In this document: one piece after another, positions 1-14,630 of the stretch | Numbering within the stretch: the first letter of the stretch is position 1 | Layout of the letters: each line of letters begins with the position of its first letter | DNA from: Tubiluchus corallicola | Lineage: Eukaryota > Animalia > Priapulida | Assembly: GCA_030141605.1 (NCBI GenBank) | Contig: JAQGDQ010000293.1 | Location: 62,001-126,000, forward strand | Length of the DNA: 64,000 nucleotides | Direction: 5' to 3' | Program-made: the position numbers and the translations under genes | Notes under the pieces: model-generated | The model's database searches: none | What the model was told of the DNA's origin: nothing | Seen by the model: the letters and a program-made list of their open reading frames with translations, nothing else

Positions 1-31
1 CGATGACGACGACGACGACGGCGACGACGAC

Positions 32-78
<47 letters not shown>

Positions 79-92
79 CGATGACAATGATG
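1..92. repeat. (GAC)n/(GAT)n microsatellite
   Basis: Directly visible trinucleotide run at the window start; explains ORF 3..188. Confidence 0.95.
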
Positions 93-1864
93 AACCAAAC
101 CTTCTTATTTAATGATTTAAACGTTGTCCTTGCAAGAACTTTGAATAAAGAAATTTTAGTTGAAAGTCGAAAGAATGTATCATCTTAAAAGCAACTTTAT
201 TAAAACGTTACATGTAAAACTTAACATTTCGTTTGCAATTGTACTTAACATTGGTGAAATACAAATGAGTTTTTAGAATACTTTGGTTTATATAAGGCCT
301 GAACCTGGGACAAATGAAGACTAACGAGAAAGCTGGGAACTACAATCGATAGAATAATGTTATCTAAGTAACCTTGCAGAAAACAAAATGAATCTGCCGG
401 ATTAGTTAGAGAAATATGACTGTTATGCATTTAACATCAGTCTTTGAATGTGCATACTTTACTGTTATAATAAAGTTGTCTGTTCAAACAATTGCTTATA
501 AGGTAGAATAATTACTTCTATAATTACTATAGAAATAATTATCTATTTATTTGTATTGTAAGTTGTTTAATTCTTATATTGGAAAACTTCCTATTCGAAA
601 TGTTGTGTATTGTGCTGTTGTTATGTAAAATTATATACATAATTGTTATACCCAATTAAATATTAAACTTAAGTACAAATAAATTTTAATTTCGGGTTCT
701 TGACGCACATTTAATCGTCTCGCCTGTTTCATGTATCTGTCTATGATAACATATGTATCTGTTTGTTAAAAAAACGATAACTGCTGTTTGACGAAAAATT
801 TTATTACAGTAAATAGTGATCGTAATTTGAAAAAACCGCATAGCTTCCTAAGCTAAGTATTGAGTAACTACACATTTCTCAAACCTAATGTCCTGAGACA
901 TTTGTCTATCCAATTTCACTAGTTTAATTTTCCAATTTTGTACACCACTTTTTCTGGGCATTTTGAATTACAAATTTGTTCACTTATTATTTACAAGTCG
1001 AGCAATTTAATATAACTAATGCTCTCGGCATCTCATCTCACTACGTTGAAACCCGTATCATAAAACTAAATGAATTTTCGCAGGAATTCTTACGCTTCGA
1101 CATATTAATCTCTCGGGAAGAGACAAATGGGACCGCGATCTCTGGAAGCATCAAAAATTCAGAATGAGACATTCTATTTCTTTTATGACGTGCTTTACGC
1201 TGGCGGTGAATCTTTTATAACGTATTGATTCACCTATATCCCCTATACGCCTTCGCAAACATTGACAAAAAGCCGCTATAAATCGATCGTGACTCAAACA
1301 GTAATTACTAGTTTTATTACTAATACATGTAAGTTTAATATGTTGACACGGGATACACATTTACAATTAATTTGTAAGCTTTCCATGGCAGCGAAAATCT
1401 TCGACTAAAGGGAAAGTTGTTTAAACGTCCCTTTACTTTTTATCACGTGTTGGTAATCTATAACGGGAAGAATTTATGAATTAATATTTGAATTATGTTA
1501 CATTCACTGAGCGCATAAAGGTTCCTATAAGAAAATGGTAGAATAAATGGTCATGATTATTTCTATTAAACTTCAGAAAGTGCTGATTAAATTGGCAAAT
1601 TTCCAACAGGAAATTACAAACTCGACGCATACCCGATGGTTTTATCAGCGGGCGGAGCTCGGGTAATGATTTCCACATCATACTAACAATTTGACTCAAC
1701 ATAGCTGCACAAGGTATATACACAGATATACAAATTTAGTTGTAAACTCCATGAAGCGAAAAAAACTATTTACTAAGCATTTGTACACATGTGGTAAACA
1801 AATATTTTACCTATATGATAATCACAGTGATGCGGTTATGTGTCCGCTAACAAAGCTATACTAT

Positions 1865-2344
1865 TTAATTCACAAATCTATGCATACAGTCGTTAATGAA
1901 ATTTCCAATTGACATTAATTCTCCATCAAACAAATTTGCAATATTACTATAATTTAACGCACACAGTGATCTATAAAATGCATTTTCATGGCACTCGCAC
2001 AAAAAATGCTCTTCTGTCTGAATTTCTCCACAAAGACACAACCTGTGCTCACGAAGTACATTTGCCCAACGACCTGTTTCTATAGCTAGATTGTGTGATG
2101 AGACCCTTATTCTTGTGATGATTATACGTTTCTGCTCAGGTAACTCTGTGTTCCCATACATTGGATGCATATACAAATTGGGATTTATTTCCAAATAAGT
2201 CTTGCATTTTGTACGATCAGAAACTCGGACATGAGTCTTTCGTCTCTCTACATCTGTCTGTACATGATCCGTTGCAGACATAACACTGTCTAAATATTTG
2301 TATCCTTTTGTTCGTGTATCTTTACATAAATTGCATACTAACAT
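1865..2344 (-). mobile_element. 3' fragment of a non-LTR retrotransposon ORF2 (C-terminal Cys/His region; RTEX/CR1-like)
   Basis: Translation RIRVSSHNLAIETGRW...EHRLCLCGEIQTEEHFLCEC matches the LR.S.H.L.IETGR...R.C..C...E.E.HFL..C tail typical of invertebrate LINE ORF2; 5'-truncated. Clade assignment is uncertain. Confidence 0.85.
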
Positions 2345-2442
2345 AAACGGGTCACCCGTAGTACATACAAAGTGCTAAACGTGCACGGGAGCTTTTGATG
2401 TGAGTTGGAAAAAGGCCAATACAATGTTTTAAAAATGGTAAC

Positions 2443-2761
2443 TGCCCGTTCAGATTTTCTGTCTCGAGTTTTCTCTCTGAGTGCAAACTCGCAAGTGTGA
2501 AGTGCTTTGCCAGTTACTGTCGGCAAGAAACTGCAAACCCTCCGACAATTGCTGCCAGTTGATTACCTGTGAACTACAGTCTAGTGTGAACGACTTGGCG
2601 AGTTATTCTCGAGATTTCTCCTAGTGAATAGAGAAGAAAGTGTCAGCTCACGCTCACTGGCGGAGAGTAACTCGCAGCAAGTTTTTCTCTCCAGTTTGAA
2701 CACGCTTGCGAATTATTTGGCGAGTTCAGTTAGCGAGAAAACTCGCTAATCTGAACGACCC
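2443..2761. mobile_element. Non-autonomous DNA transposon (PIF/Harbinger-like MITE), degenerate
   Basis: Left CGTTCAGATT...CGAGTTTTCTC is the inverse of right GAGAAAACTCG...AATCTGAACGACCC-TTAA; internal repeated GAAC/CGAG motifs. Confidence 0.5.
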
Positions 2762-3949
2762 TTAAGTGATAACAGATAGGCTGAATTGTTATGAAATTAA
2801 TTGCTATTGAAGTATTTGAATTTCAAGTAAATTTTACTATGAACGAATAGATGAAACGCTGAAAGATTACGGTTTATGTTTGCAGATAGTTAAGCAATAC
2901 TAGTGCGGTTAATAAGTGGATAGTTTGACCATCAAAGGAACTGCTTCCGAGACGCTTCCTGCTATTTCTGCCATTGAGGATGATTTGCGTGCAATTCAAA
3001 CATGGGTGTAACACCTGGTGTGATCTTGTAATATTACTGATAATGAACTAGGCTTCTGTTTCACCACATAAATTCATTAGCAGTAAATTCTGCTGATGAA
3101 TGCTGAATACTAGCTTGCATTTGGCTGAATTGTATAGCAAAATGAAAACGTATGCCTGTCCATAGCAATTTATGTTTGGAATGAGGGAGAGTTGGGTGGT
3201 CATGGTGCATATTTAACTCCGAAGTTCAACAATACCGAGCCTGGTTGGAAAATAGATGGGTGAAGCGCGGGCAGACTGTTTTTGGATTCTCAAACGGTGT
3301 CTGGTTACGTCTGCTGTTGGGGAAGGATATATCTATTTCAATTCAATAGATTTATTTCGCAATAAACAAATATTTATACATCACACATAGATTTATAAAT
3401 CAAATTTTCGTTAATACAACAAAATTAAGATATAATTCTTCAATTCTGCGCTAGAGACCTAAGGAGCAAGCTTATCTTAAGCCACTAGAATTAGTAGTAA
3501 GAAAAAAATTAACGTCATATTGCTAATAGTTAGTGTGAGTTTCAGTGGGCGTTAGTAGTATTTCATAATTACGATGTAAATTGGTGCACGGTGCAAAGAA
3601 ATGATGAATGTTTTAACACATTGGCTAACCATTTAGCCATCTAAACGTGGCTGAGACGCTTTACCGCTTTACCGTCTCGGGAAGCCGTGAACAAAAAACT
3701 AAAATTAGAGTCACAGAATCGTTGTCAAAAAACATTAACGCAGAGAAATTATTAAAATTTTTAAAAGAAACTTAAAAGAATACCTATAAAAGTGTCAATA
3801 ATGGAGGTAACATTGCTAAACAGCCATTTGCGTTGTCTGTAAAATGCGCGAAGATGAATAATTAATCTGTCTTCGTCTTTCAACTAAAAAAAAAATACCC
3901 CTTTATAGTATTAAATTTAGTATTATTATTTTTATTATTTAGCTATATT

Positions 3950-4480
3950 CAAATGCGAAGGTTTCAAAGCTGAGTAAATATGAGTTCAATTAATTGCTTC
4001 TGGACTCCTGCCTGATTGTAACTCAGTACGCAAATATGCTTTTTAGCTTCGAAAAGGTATTAAAAATTGCTAAATAAAATATTTATGAAACACTGTATTT
4101 GACTATTCATTATACATTGCAACAGGTCTCTAAATCTAGTGTACCTGTATTTAAGATTTTCTCAAAAATAAGATGTGCATCCTGCATACAATTAATAGAA
4201 ACAACAATTAATGACATGCTTGACGTAACGTAATTATGTGCAATTTGACCTTAGCAAGAGTCAGTGGGGAAAATAATTCATTTAAACTAACTGTCGTATT
4301 AGCCTCTAGAGATATGTGGTTGATAGTTTTATTAATTTTAGACAGGCAGTGCCCATGTGCATGTTCTGTTTTGTGAAATATACATCTTCTGATGGAATAA
4401 AATTTATAAATCCCTAGGTATTTAACCCGAACCATTAGTTATCATTATTTTTTGCAATTATCCACTTCCAAGAATTATGA
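3950..4480 (-). mobile_element. Heavily decayed LINE reverse-transcriptase fragment
   Basis: Minus-strand VRVKYLGI motif (RT KYLG box) followed by LAKVKLHII; multiple stops and frameshifts. Confidence 0.35.
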
Positions 4481-4544
4481 ATCATTTAGAAACTGCAACT
4501 TGCTCGTAAAGTAAGAGTCAAAGCATCCAGGACTGATGGATAAA

Positions 4545-4810
4545 TATGAACATGAACACGAAAACTTGAAAACATGAACATTAACATAAAAATATATGTG
4601 AACGTGAACATAAACATAGACATAGACATATACGTAGACATAGACATAGATATAGATATAGACATAGACGTAGACGTAGACGTAGACGTAGACGTAGACG
4701 TAGACGTAGACATAGACGTAGACATAGACATAGACATAGACAGAGACATAGACATAGACATAGACAAGACATGGACATAGATATAAACGTAGACATAAAC
4801 ATAAATATAA
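4545..4810. repeat. Compound hexamer microsatellite (ACATAG/ACGTAG)n
   Basis: Visible hexamer periodicity; generates the DIDVD/MSTS ORFs. Confidence 0.95.
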
Positions 4811-5236
4811 ATAATTTACACAAGTTATAAACTGTGAAGCAGCATTCGGCCATGTTAATTATATTAATTGCAGACTATTTACCACGTGCCACTCGTCTTA
4901 CATCAGATTCCGGTCTCGCCACAAGCAGTAAGCAGCACTTGCAGTGTCCCGAATAAAAAAATCTCAGTCGTTCAACCCCATTTTTCGTACATCTTGGCGC
5001 CCATTGAGCGGGTTAGTGACCCTTGATGTGTCAGATTTTAGAACGCAAATTGTGCAATACCCAGGAGAAATCAGGAAATTATTCTTGCGGGGCCGTGGCA
5101 CTGTCGCATATTACTACAAGTTATTAAGTCAAATTGATGAAAGTCATGAAACGTTGAAAGAAAATTGATAAAGTACTAAATAAATCGTCTCTGTTGACAT
5201 GAGCAGATATGATGAGTTTTGATTCAATCCATTCAA

Positions 5237-5836
5237 AGCAAAACCGGACCCAAACTTAAACAGTAGGTCAAAACAATCTACTCTTTAAAATGTTGAAAGT
5301 AAACATACTATTTCTTCAAAAATGACTTACGTGAAAGGATCATTACCACACAAACACAAATTCGCGTTCGCGCCACTAGTTCTTCGCTGTTACATGCATT
5401 TCGCTATTCGCTAGTAAGACGGCAAAAGCGTTTTCGGAAAACATTGCACAAAAAACAGGTACTAAGTTATGTTAGTTTGTGATGAACTACACACGTTCGA
5501 TAGCTCACGCGTGAGAACAGCAGTAAATTTAAAATTTAAATTTTTATGTTAGAACTTGTATAGTTTTAGTACGACACCCTGAATATCTTACAGTAGCAAG
5601 GTTCTTCCATTTTTCCCTTTCGTAAACACCTGCAACACGCTCGTGGAATATTTTTGCTGTTGAAAATTATGTTAGTTTCTGATGTCATCAATATTTGGGC
5701 TCTGCCGCCTTCAATTAAGTTTTTAATCTATTATTTAATTATCAGAAACGTTTTTGCAGTATTAATAGTGTTAAAATGCATAATTTTTATCGTACTTGAA
5801 AATGGGGTGGTATATGAGAAATCATCCTGTCTTCCT
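5237..5836 (+). mobile_element. Kolobok-like non-autonomous element, family A (copy 1)
   Basis: Ends AGCAAAACCGGA...TCCTGTCTTCCT (imperfect 12-bp TIR, AG...CT termini); flanks TCAA/TTGA (eroded TTAA); homologous to 18156, 36200, 37655, 52211, 61343. Confidence 0.8.
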
Positions 5837-6362
5837 TTGATCATGCAGTGCGTATACAGAGAAGTCGACTGTATGCAGTAGAGCACGTGACAATGTCATA
5901 ATTTTTTAGATATCATATCTGAAAATTTCGTTATTATCAGTTTGTTGATTCTCTGAGGCTTATAACGACAGACGCCAAATAAATGCATGGAGTAAATGCA
6001 AGAGAATTAGCCATAATCCACGATATTTTCTATGCAATTGCATGGGATTTCTTACGGTTATTTTAAACCACAAGCTTTATAGTCTAGTTTAGTACATTAG
6101 CATTAAAGTACTTATTCGTCTCTTGTTACGCGCTACACGGCATTACTTAGATTAACAGACATTGTAAATTCATACGCGCTGTTGTATAATAGAAGTGGAT
6201 GAGTTGTAAAAATCGTTAAATTCCCTGAAGTTATTAGCATTCATGAAACTGCAGAGATTATATTCATAATAAACACACGCAACAAATCGAATATTCTGTC
6301 CTCAAAGAATAAATTAATTACTTAGCAATTTCATAATGCCATTGTACATTATGAAACCTTAC

Positions 6363-7199
6363 ACTACATGTATTACGCAGTCGAACAACTCGTGCATATT
6401 GGCATAGTAAATAATCATAGCAAATTATTATAAAAATCTCTTCTCTAATCTTAATATGCTGAGACTGTACTACATGTATTACGCAGTCGAACAACTCGTG
6501 CATATTGGCATAGTAAATCATAGCAGATTGTTGTAAAATCTCTTCTCTAATCTTAATAAGCTGAGACCTGTACTACATGTATTACACAGTCGAACAACTC
6601 GTGCATATTGGCATAGCAAATCATAGCAAATTGTTATAAAATCTTTTCTCTAATCTTAATAAGCTGAGACCTGTACTACATGTATTACGCAGTCGAACAA
6701 CTCGTGCATATTGGCATAGCAAATCATAGCAAATTGTTACAAAATCTCTTCTCTAATCTTAATATGCTGAGACCTGTACTACATGTATTACGCAGTCGAA
6801 CAACTCGTGCATGTTGGCATAGTAAATGATCATAGCAAATTATTATAAAATCTCTTCTCTAATCTTAATATGCTGACACCTGTACTACATGTATTACGCA
6901 GTCGAACAACTCGTGCATATTGGCATAGCAAATCATAGCAAATTGTTATAGAATCTCTTCTCTAATCTTAATAAGCTGACACCTGTACTACATGTATTAC
7001 GCAGTCTAACAACTCGTGCATATTGGCATAGCAAATCATAGCAAATTGTTACAAAATCTCTTCTCTAATCTTAATAAGCTGAGACCTGTACTACATGTGT
7101 TACGCAGTCCAACAACTCGTGCATATTGGCATAGCAAATCATAGCAAATCATAACAAATTATTATAAAAATCTCTTCTCTAATCTTAATAAGCTGAGAC
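6363..7199. repeat. Tandem minisatellite, ~103-106 bp unit x8
   Basis: Anchor TCGAACAACTCGTGC (or one-base variants) recurs at 6381, 6487, 6590, 6693, 6796, 6902, 7005, 7108; near-identical units with no spacers. Confidence 0.95.
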
Positions 7200-7319
7200 A
7201 CAGTCTTCAACACTGGAGAGTTTTTAAATTCTTTATAACAATTCTTTATGAAACTATAATCCGTTTCAGAATCAACCTACATTTTAAATAGGAAAATCCA
7301 ACGTTTCTACTGCACACTA

Positions 7320-7640
7320 ACATCATCGTCGTCATCATTATCATCATCATCACCATCATCATCCTCATCGTCGTCATCATCATCATCATCGTCACCATTT
7401 TCATCATCAAAACCATCATCGTCATCATCATCGTCATCGTCATCGTCATCACCATCATCATCATCGTCATCACCATCACCATCATCATCACATGTCTATT
7501 ACGTTTATTGTGGATACTGGGCAGGCAAAGCTCTAAAATAAACGAAAACTACTCCTAAGACAGGTAAATACAGAAGTAATCCAGTAAAAAAACTAGACAC
7601 TGCTATGCCAGTGGCTTGTCAGCACCACTTCCGATACACA
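7320..7640 (-). mobile_element. 3' end of a retroposon (SINE/LINE tail) with expanded (ATG)n tail
   Basis: 7519-7633 is homologous to 38789-38900 (...GACACT.CTATGCCAGTGGCTTG.CAGCACCACTTCCG); on the minus strand it ends AATAAA followed by a (TGA)n run. Confidence 0.6.
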
Positions 7641-8455
7641 CTAGCAGACATCGTCAGGAAATATATAAGGACTGATTTGAAATTCGGAACAAAACAAAAA
7701 TATTATGACAAAACTACAAAATTCGATGGAAACAATAGTCACAGAGAAAAAAACAAAAGATTTAATCAAAACTATCACTAATGATTAATTAAAGAATTGA
7801 TTAACAACAAGAAAATGAAATGTGAAGCAAAACCTCGATTTTGGCATAAAGGCAAGTTGGAATTTTTTACTATTATGTATTCAATTTAGTTTCAATTATG
7901 AATGCGCCTTTTACTGATGTTTCTAACTGGATATAAAGTTTTTGTTCTATTAAAATCAAAGCCGTGATAAGTCTCTCAACCATGAAGTAAGTTTATTTAG
8001 AGAGAAAAACAATCTGTTTTATTTGCCTAATTTCTTCATTGCATGTAGAATAGCGAAACACTTAAAATAATCTAATCATTTTCATATCGATTTTTTGCAC
8101 TCAGTGTTTTGAGAATGATGATTGTGGCAGTCTAGAATTAACTCTAGCAAGTTCGTGATTAGCCTAAACTGTATAATCAAACGATTACGGCAGTAATTTA
8201 GTAAAGTGTTCAGTGTTTGTAGGCTAAATGGTTTTCATCGCTCGCTGATGCTAATAACGATAATTCAGAAAATCGACATAGATTACGTTATTATTGTAAT
8301 AAAGATGAAGCCAATTCTAGTGAACGCGTTAAAAACGTATCTTGTAAAAACACATTCAAATAACAATAATAACTTCATATGACAAGTTTAGTTTCATTTT
8401 CAGTTAGACTGAAATTGAAGTCACTTCTGAGTAAACTCGAGAAACGTGAACTTAA

Positions 8456-9124
8456 AGCACAAGAAAACCCTCCACTTACATGAATCTTAAAAAATTCGTC
8501 TCGAAATTTTTTACTACTTACCTACCACCTTTTTGCATGCAGGGCTTGCGTCAGCCGCAACGCTGTATAAAACGTGTAAATTTAAACTCCCGCGATGACC
8601 GTTAGGAGCAGCCATTTTAATGGTAGGTCGTTTGAAACAAGCTTAGATAACATTAAGTAAAGTTTGAAAAAAATGAGAGTATTCGTAGCGTACATGTTGC
8701 TAACTAAGTAAAATTTTAAATTGCTGTTAACTTGTCAATAAGATTAAAAATACGTTATTGGCTAGTGAGTGGCGCATCCTGGAGGGGGAGCCAGCGACAT
8801 TTTACCTATTGGCACGAATATTTTATTTTATTTCTAGTTATATAAATCTCTCCAGCAGGTAATCGAAATGCTAAGTAATATAGATTTGCATGGAAAGTTT
8901 TTTGGGACATAATTTAAAATTGCCTTTTCTTCCCCTGATTTACGTTTTTCGCCGTGACGTCATCCAATGGCGCGGTCGGAGCAGCATTGCGGGAGATTTA
9001 AAATGAAGACAAACAAAAAATCCTTTTAACGCGAGTACGATATACGCATAAAATTGCTATAAAGTAAAATAATTTTCAAGGCGATTTTTCTGAAACATAC
9101 TTCAAGTACCCCTTTTCTTGTCCT
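8456..9124 (+). mobile_element. Kolobok-like non-autonomous element, family B long form
   Basis: TTAA|AGCACAAGAAAA...TTTTCTTGTCCT|TTAA: 12-bp TIR with 1 mismatch, perfect TTAA TSD (8452-8455, 9125-9128). Confidence 0.88.
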
Positions 9125-9569
9125 TTAATAGAACTTGATAACGTAACGAACCCTGAATTGACCGTATGCAGCTTTTATACACAGACTGAGTTAGGCCCTT
9201 GATAATAAATAAACTGGCTTTTTAATATTTAATATTAGTAACGCTATTTTATTACTGTCCTATTTTTCATTAGGTAATCTGCTTCATATTATGACTTTGG
9301 TAGGTAATCAGATTCCTATTGTTTTGAAAGTCATGTAGATTGTCATTACTGTGTCTGTTCCCTTGGGATTCTAAGCCAGTTGATGGGATAAACTTATGAT
9401 AATAACTACGTGGTATGAGATGATGTATTATTTAGAGACCAAAAACTTGTTGCTTAGCTATGCAGGTTGTGTAGAATGGAACATCGAAAGAGTTAATCTT
9501 TTAAAAAAATAACAATTGCCATTTTACGGTGAAGTGTTTGTACCTTGTTTTGGTGAAATAAGAAGAAAA

Positions 9570-10021
<452 letters not shown>

Positions 10022-11290
10022 CGGGGAGATTTAAAATGCGATGATTATGTTAAAAACAGTTTCCAGGCAGAGATAGCCATTATCAAGAAGATTATAGAAC
10101 AGTGACATTACAGTTGACTTCTCTTCACGCTAAGCAGAATCTATTCAATAGAGGCAAGATTAGGTTGTAGTAACTCAATGATAACTACGTTCATGTGATG
10201 GGCATATCTACAGATCAAAGTCTCCAAGAACTAGTCTCTTTGTTATCATGAAAAAAATTTTATTATTAGGTTGACAGAAAAATACGTTCATTTTTGTAAA
10301 TAATGAACATTCAATGTAATGTTCATTAAAGTAAAAGTCCCATACTATTTCTGACAGTCCTTAGTCTCTTGCAAAACTTATGATGAAGTACAACTTGAGG
10401 AAACTGGGGGCAAATGCAAACTAGGCAAAATACCTATGATAAAGAAAAACGCGAAAGTGCATTGGCTAACCATTTTACAGAACTAGTTGCGTTTTCAATT
10501 TTGACAGAATAAGAATTTTGTATCCTTTCAATATTTTACAAAATGGACGTCGTTAAATCTGCTTTAATAACCAATTTTCCAAAAATCAAAAATCTTTACA
10601 ATATGGCATTTTCCAATTGTTTTTCCAATTGTACAAGCACAATTGTATCTGTTATTATTTTTTATAGATTTTGTATTTAACCTTTATGATAATAGTTTCT
10701 TATTGTTGCTTTTTGAACTACTATTTTATAAAAGGTAGGTTGAAATTTGTTACAGTCTCTGTAGTGTGAGTCGAGTACAAAGTTGAAACTTGATGAAAAT
10801 TTAGTGAATTGTGCACTTGGCACTAAGAATTTATTGACCTAAAACATTTTTTGCTTGTATTATTTTTATTTGATAACGTCATTTCTTTTATGGACGTAAA
10901 TCCACTATTCAGCGATATGAGATTAAGAAGACTTGCAGTCGAGTTTTTACTTACAAAGCCTAAAGAGCAGTCATTTTCTCAAAATAAGAATGAAGTCGGT
11001 CTCCAGAGAAAATTTAGCCATCCATTCTCCCAAATTTTTCACATTTCGCGAAGCCTTTTAACTTCTGTCAGTAGTGTCTCGCATTCCCTCGAGTCAATCC
11101 AATTTGTAAATTTGATAAAACGGTTTCAGACTGCAAACGTTTAGAGATTTTTCCAACCGTTCGAATGTTGCCGTTGACACAGATGTTAAACACGCACAGA
11201 GAAGCCTGGTCTTACGAGAAGGAAACGTCCTACTTCGTCAAGACTCTCAGAACACGAATTGTAATGTATCTAAGGTAATACAGTATTATA

Positions 11291-11924
11291 GGGTTTACAT
11301 GTCAAATGTAGAACTGCGCTAACTTAAATGTAGATTTAGGTAATTCAAATGTGTATTGGTCGTGTTAACAATGGTTTTCAACAAATATTAAGCGTTTTTG
11401 GTAAGTCAAATATGTAGACACATGTCAAGTCAAATGTGACATAATTAATAATTGCTGTGAAAATAATAACTTTACAGGTCTACTAATAGTTCACTAATAT
11501 TCTGTAAACTTTACATACTATTGGAACTGTTAGAGAAAACAATACGTTCTTAAAATAAACAATGTTTCTTGAGAGAAACTAATTCATTAAAAAACTAATT
11601 AGTGATTCACTGTTCTTTGGGAAGGGATAAACAGCACATTTTTCAAAGTTATGAAAGAGGTGATGACTATCTTTGGTTTATCTTTTTGTAATTTGCACTT
11701 AAATGAGCTAATTACCTATTTATTCAAAGAAATTCCTATGTCTACATTTGACTTGCCTAAATCACATTTGAGTTACCAAAACACATTCGAAATTGCTATG
11801 TCTACATTTGACTTACCTAAGTCACATTTGAGTTACCAAAACACATTCGAAATTCCCATGTCTACATTTGACTTACCTAAGTCACATTTGAACATTCCTG
11901 TGTCTACATTTGATGTGTAAAACC
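11291..11924. mobile_element. MITE with ~22-bp TIRs and subterminal tandem repeats
   Basis: TATA|GGGTTTACATGTCAAATGTAGA ... TCTACATTTGATGTGTAAAACC|TATA; 60-bp unit repeated ~3x at 11730-11910, with inverted counterparts at the left end. Confidence 0.75.
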
Positions 11925-12391
11925 TATACAAACAACGCTTTTGTTCGTAGCGTTCTTAATTGAGCAAAAAAGTTCCTTAAAAATGTTCTTCTTAACACTG
12001 TATTACCGTAGATATTGTAACGATGAGCGAATGGTGTTGGTACGCCGATTGTCTCATAGTTGAGAAGAAAATCGTAAAAAAACAGTAGTAAGAGTAAAAT
12101 TACCGAGTTTAAGTAACATGCCAGACGTCTACCCCATCGTGCTGCATGCCAGTTGTCATTGCGGAACAGGTGCTGAGATGGAAGACGCACCTGCCCATCA
12201 GCCCACTGAACCGACGAGGCCATTCCATACCAACTACTTATAGCTGCTATGTAACGCTGATATGCAATGGCTTCGTAATGGACGAAACCATCACAATATA
12301 GAGGGGGGGGTCGAAAATAAAGGGCATTTCGCCTTCGTAACAATATTTACAATTCGTGTTTTGAGAGGGATTCTGCATTCGACTATTAAGT

Positions 12392-12526
12392 GCCATTTAC
12401 GTAGCATGCGGATGCGAATGCGAATGCGTTTTCCCAATGCGGAACAGCTTACGGAATAGCTTGCGAAGAAATCAATAAGAATAGCTGCAGAAAAAGAATA
12501 ACGCATACGCATGCTACATAAACGCA
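12392..12526. mobile_element. Small palindromic MITE (Harbinger-like)
   Basis: TTTACGTAGCATGCG.ATGCG at left is the inverse of CGCATACGCATGCTACATAAA at right. Confidence 0.55.
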
Positions 12527-13998
12527 ACTTTATAATGACGCTGAAAATATCAAGCTACTCAGTTTTCAATCCCGCCTCCAAATGTGTTCTTGGGTGCGTA
12601 AAGTGAGCAAATTGTAGAACGATTTTTTACATAACTCGAACTGAGTAAACTGCTCATTTATCTGTTCACTTAGTCTGTCCATTAAACTACTCATTTTGCA
12701 TATGAATTAAATATTCATTTCGAATAACATCCTACTCACATTGAAAACCTGCCTACTCATTCATTGCTCAAATAGCAGTTGCTTACTCAGACTGAGTAAA
12801 ATGGTGTTTCCGATTACTCTCTTGAGTAATTTGCAACATTCTCGCCTCAGTAATTTGTCTTACTTAGTGCAAGAGTTGTCCTATGGTTTATGAATAATTT
12901 AGAAATTATTAATATCTGAACTTAACACTTAAACTTAACGTCTGTCTTGCTTTTATGTCTTAAGTGGCTGCTGTAACTTAGATATACACAACTTAACTGT
13001 GCAATCATACAATGACAACTGTAATAGAGAATGTAATATTTATTGCAATGCCAGTTTCCTTTGAAATAGTGCAGTTAGTACTAGGGCTAAAGAAGATTCT
13101 AAAGAGCCCCATTAGAAACTACTTTTTCATTCGTACAACAGGTGCAATAGTAATAGTAATAGTAATAGTAAATTAATACAGCAGTTAAGATGTTAGTGCG
13201 TAGTACACAGATAACGGATTAAGCAGAGGTAACGAAAGGTCATACGGTCACCTAGTCTGTCAGTGTCTCACCACTCAGGTGCTGGTATCCGTTTGTGATT
13301 TTTTTACTGAGTATTCGATTTAACAATTCTCAAACATTCTATGCAGACTAATTTGCAAATGAAAATTTCCACCCATTACGGTTAGTACATGCGATACTGT
13401 GCTAACAGCAATGGAGATAAAACACTGCCCTGCGGGACGCTTCATAGATGAAACAACTCACGTGCGCCAGTGGGTTGGCGTGACAACCTACGTTATTGCC
13501 CCTAATTTAGTCAACTTCTCTTACTCTAATTAATAAGACAATAAATCGGAAATATTTTACTTAGGAGTGAACAATAATCACACCTAATGGAGATGGCTTC
13601 CTCTGCTCGTGCTTGACAAGGATAATAATAATTGGATTTCCTATTACACAAGAACGCTAAGTGCATGAAGTGGCACTAAGTATGCAGGGGGTTATTTATC
13701 AATAAGGTATAAACGCCTCTGCTGTCAGAGTACGCCTAAACTACGTGTCCTTGTGTGTAGTTTGAGCATGCGTGATCGTAAACAACGAGAGCACTAATAA
13801 TCATCACTTAGAAATTTCAAAATAGAATTATAAACTAGCAACGGACTACGAGATTTTAGTGTTGTTATTCTCATATTCATCGTGATCTTCACGTCATATC
13901 AACATTTACTGTTCAGCTTATACGTTAGAACAAATCTATTTAGATTTTTCATTGGCATATATATATATATATATATTTATTTATTTTTATATTTATTG

Positions 13999-14037
<39 letters not shown>

Positions 14038-14630
14038 AGGATGTCTGCATTATGACATTAGAAAATACAGACCATTCTTTTTGTTTTTGTAACAGGTGCT
14101 GACACAGGTTTTTAACACTCCTACCACACTTTGTGTCAATTAATTAGCAAAATTAAAATTTTCGCAAAACTGGAATAGACGACTGCCTGCCTGCAAAAAC
14201 AGTTTACATAACGAAAATTTATTAAAATGCAATGAATATGTTTACTCGCGGTTATAATAAAGTACAGAATGTCTGTCGTAGGCTGCACTGTCTTATTCCC
14301 GTTAGCTGCACGAACACATACCTCAGTGGTGCGTGACACCACAATTATGGCAAAATTTCACAATTTTAGGGTTTCAATTTTTGGGCTTTCACTGAACTTT
14401 TTCGAATCAAATGTATTCGAGTATAACTCATATGAGTAACGTCGCGAAAATTTGATAGGCACTTGGTATGTTGGCAGTCTCTAATTAAATCACTAAATTA
14501 TATTTTTCTGCTTTTGCAATTTGCAGTAAATTTTTGAACTTCAAAAAGACTTTATGATGGGCAACATGGACCGACGGACGGTTGGTTGGTTGTTTGTATA
14601 TATAGATAAGATGTAACTGATACAAAAACG

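Noticed and set aside
3200-3290. Minus-strand FQPGSVLLNF resembling a SEA-domain motif
   Set aside because: Bounded by stops within ~30 codons and lacks a convincing exon structure.
6363-7199. CRISPR-like regular array
   Set aside because: Units repeat along their whole length with no unique spacers, no cas genes, and the context is eukaryotic.
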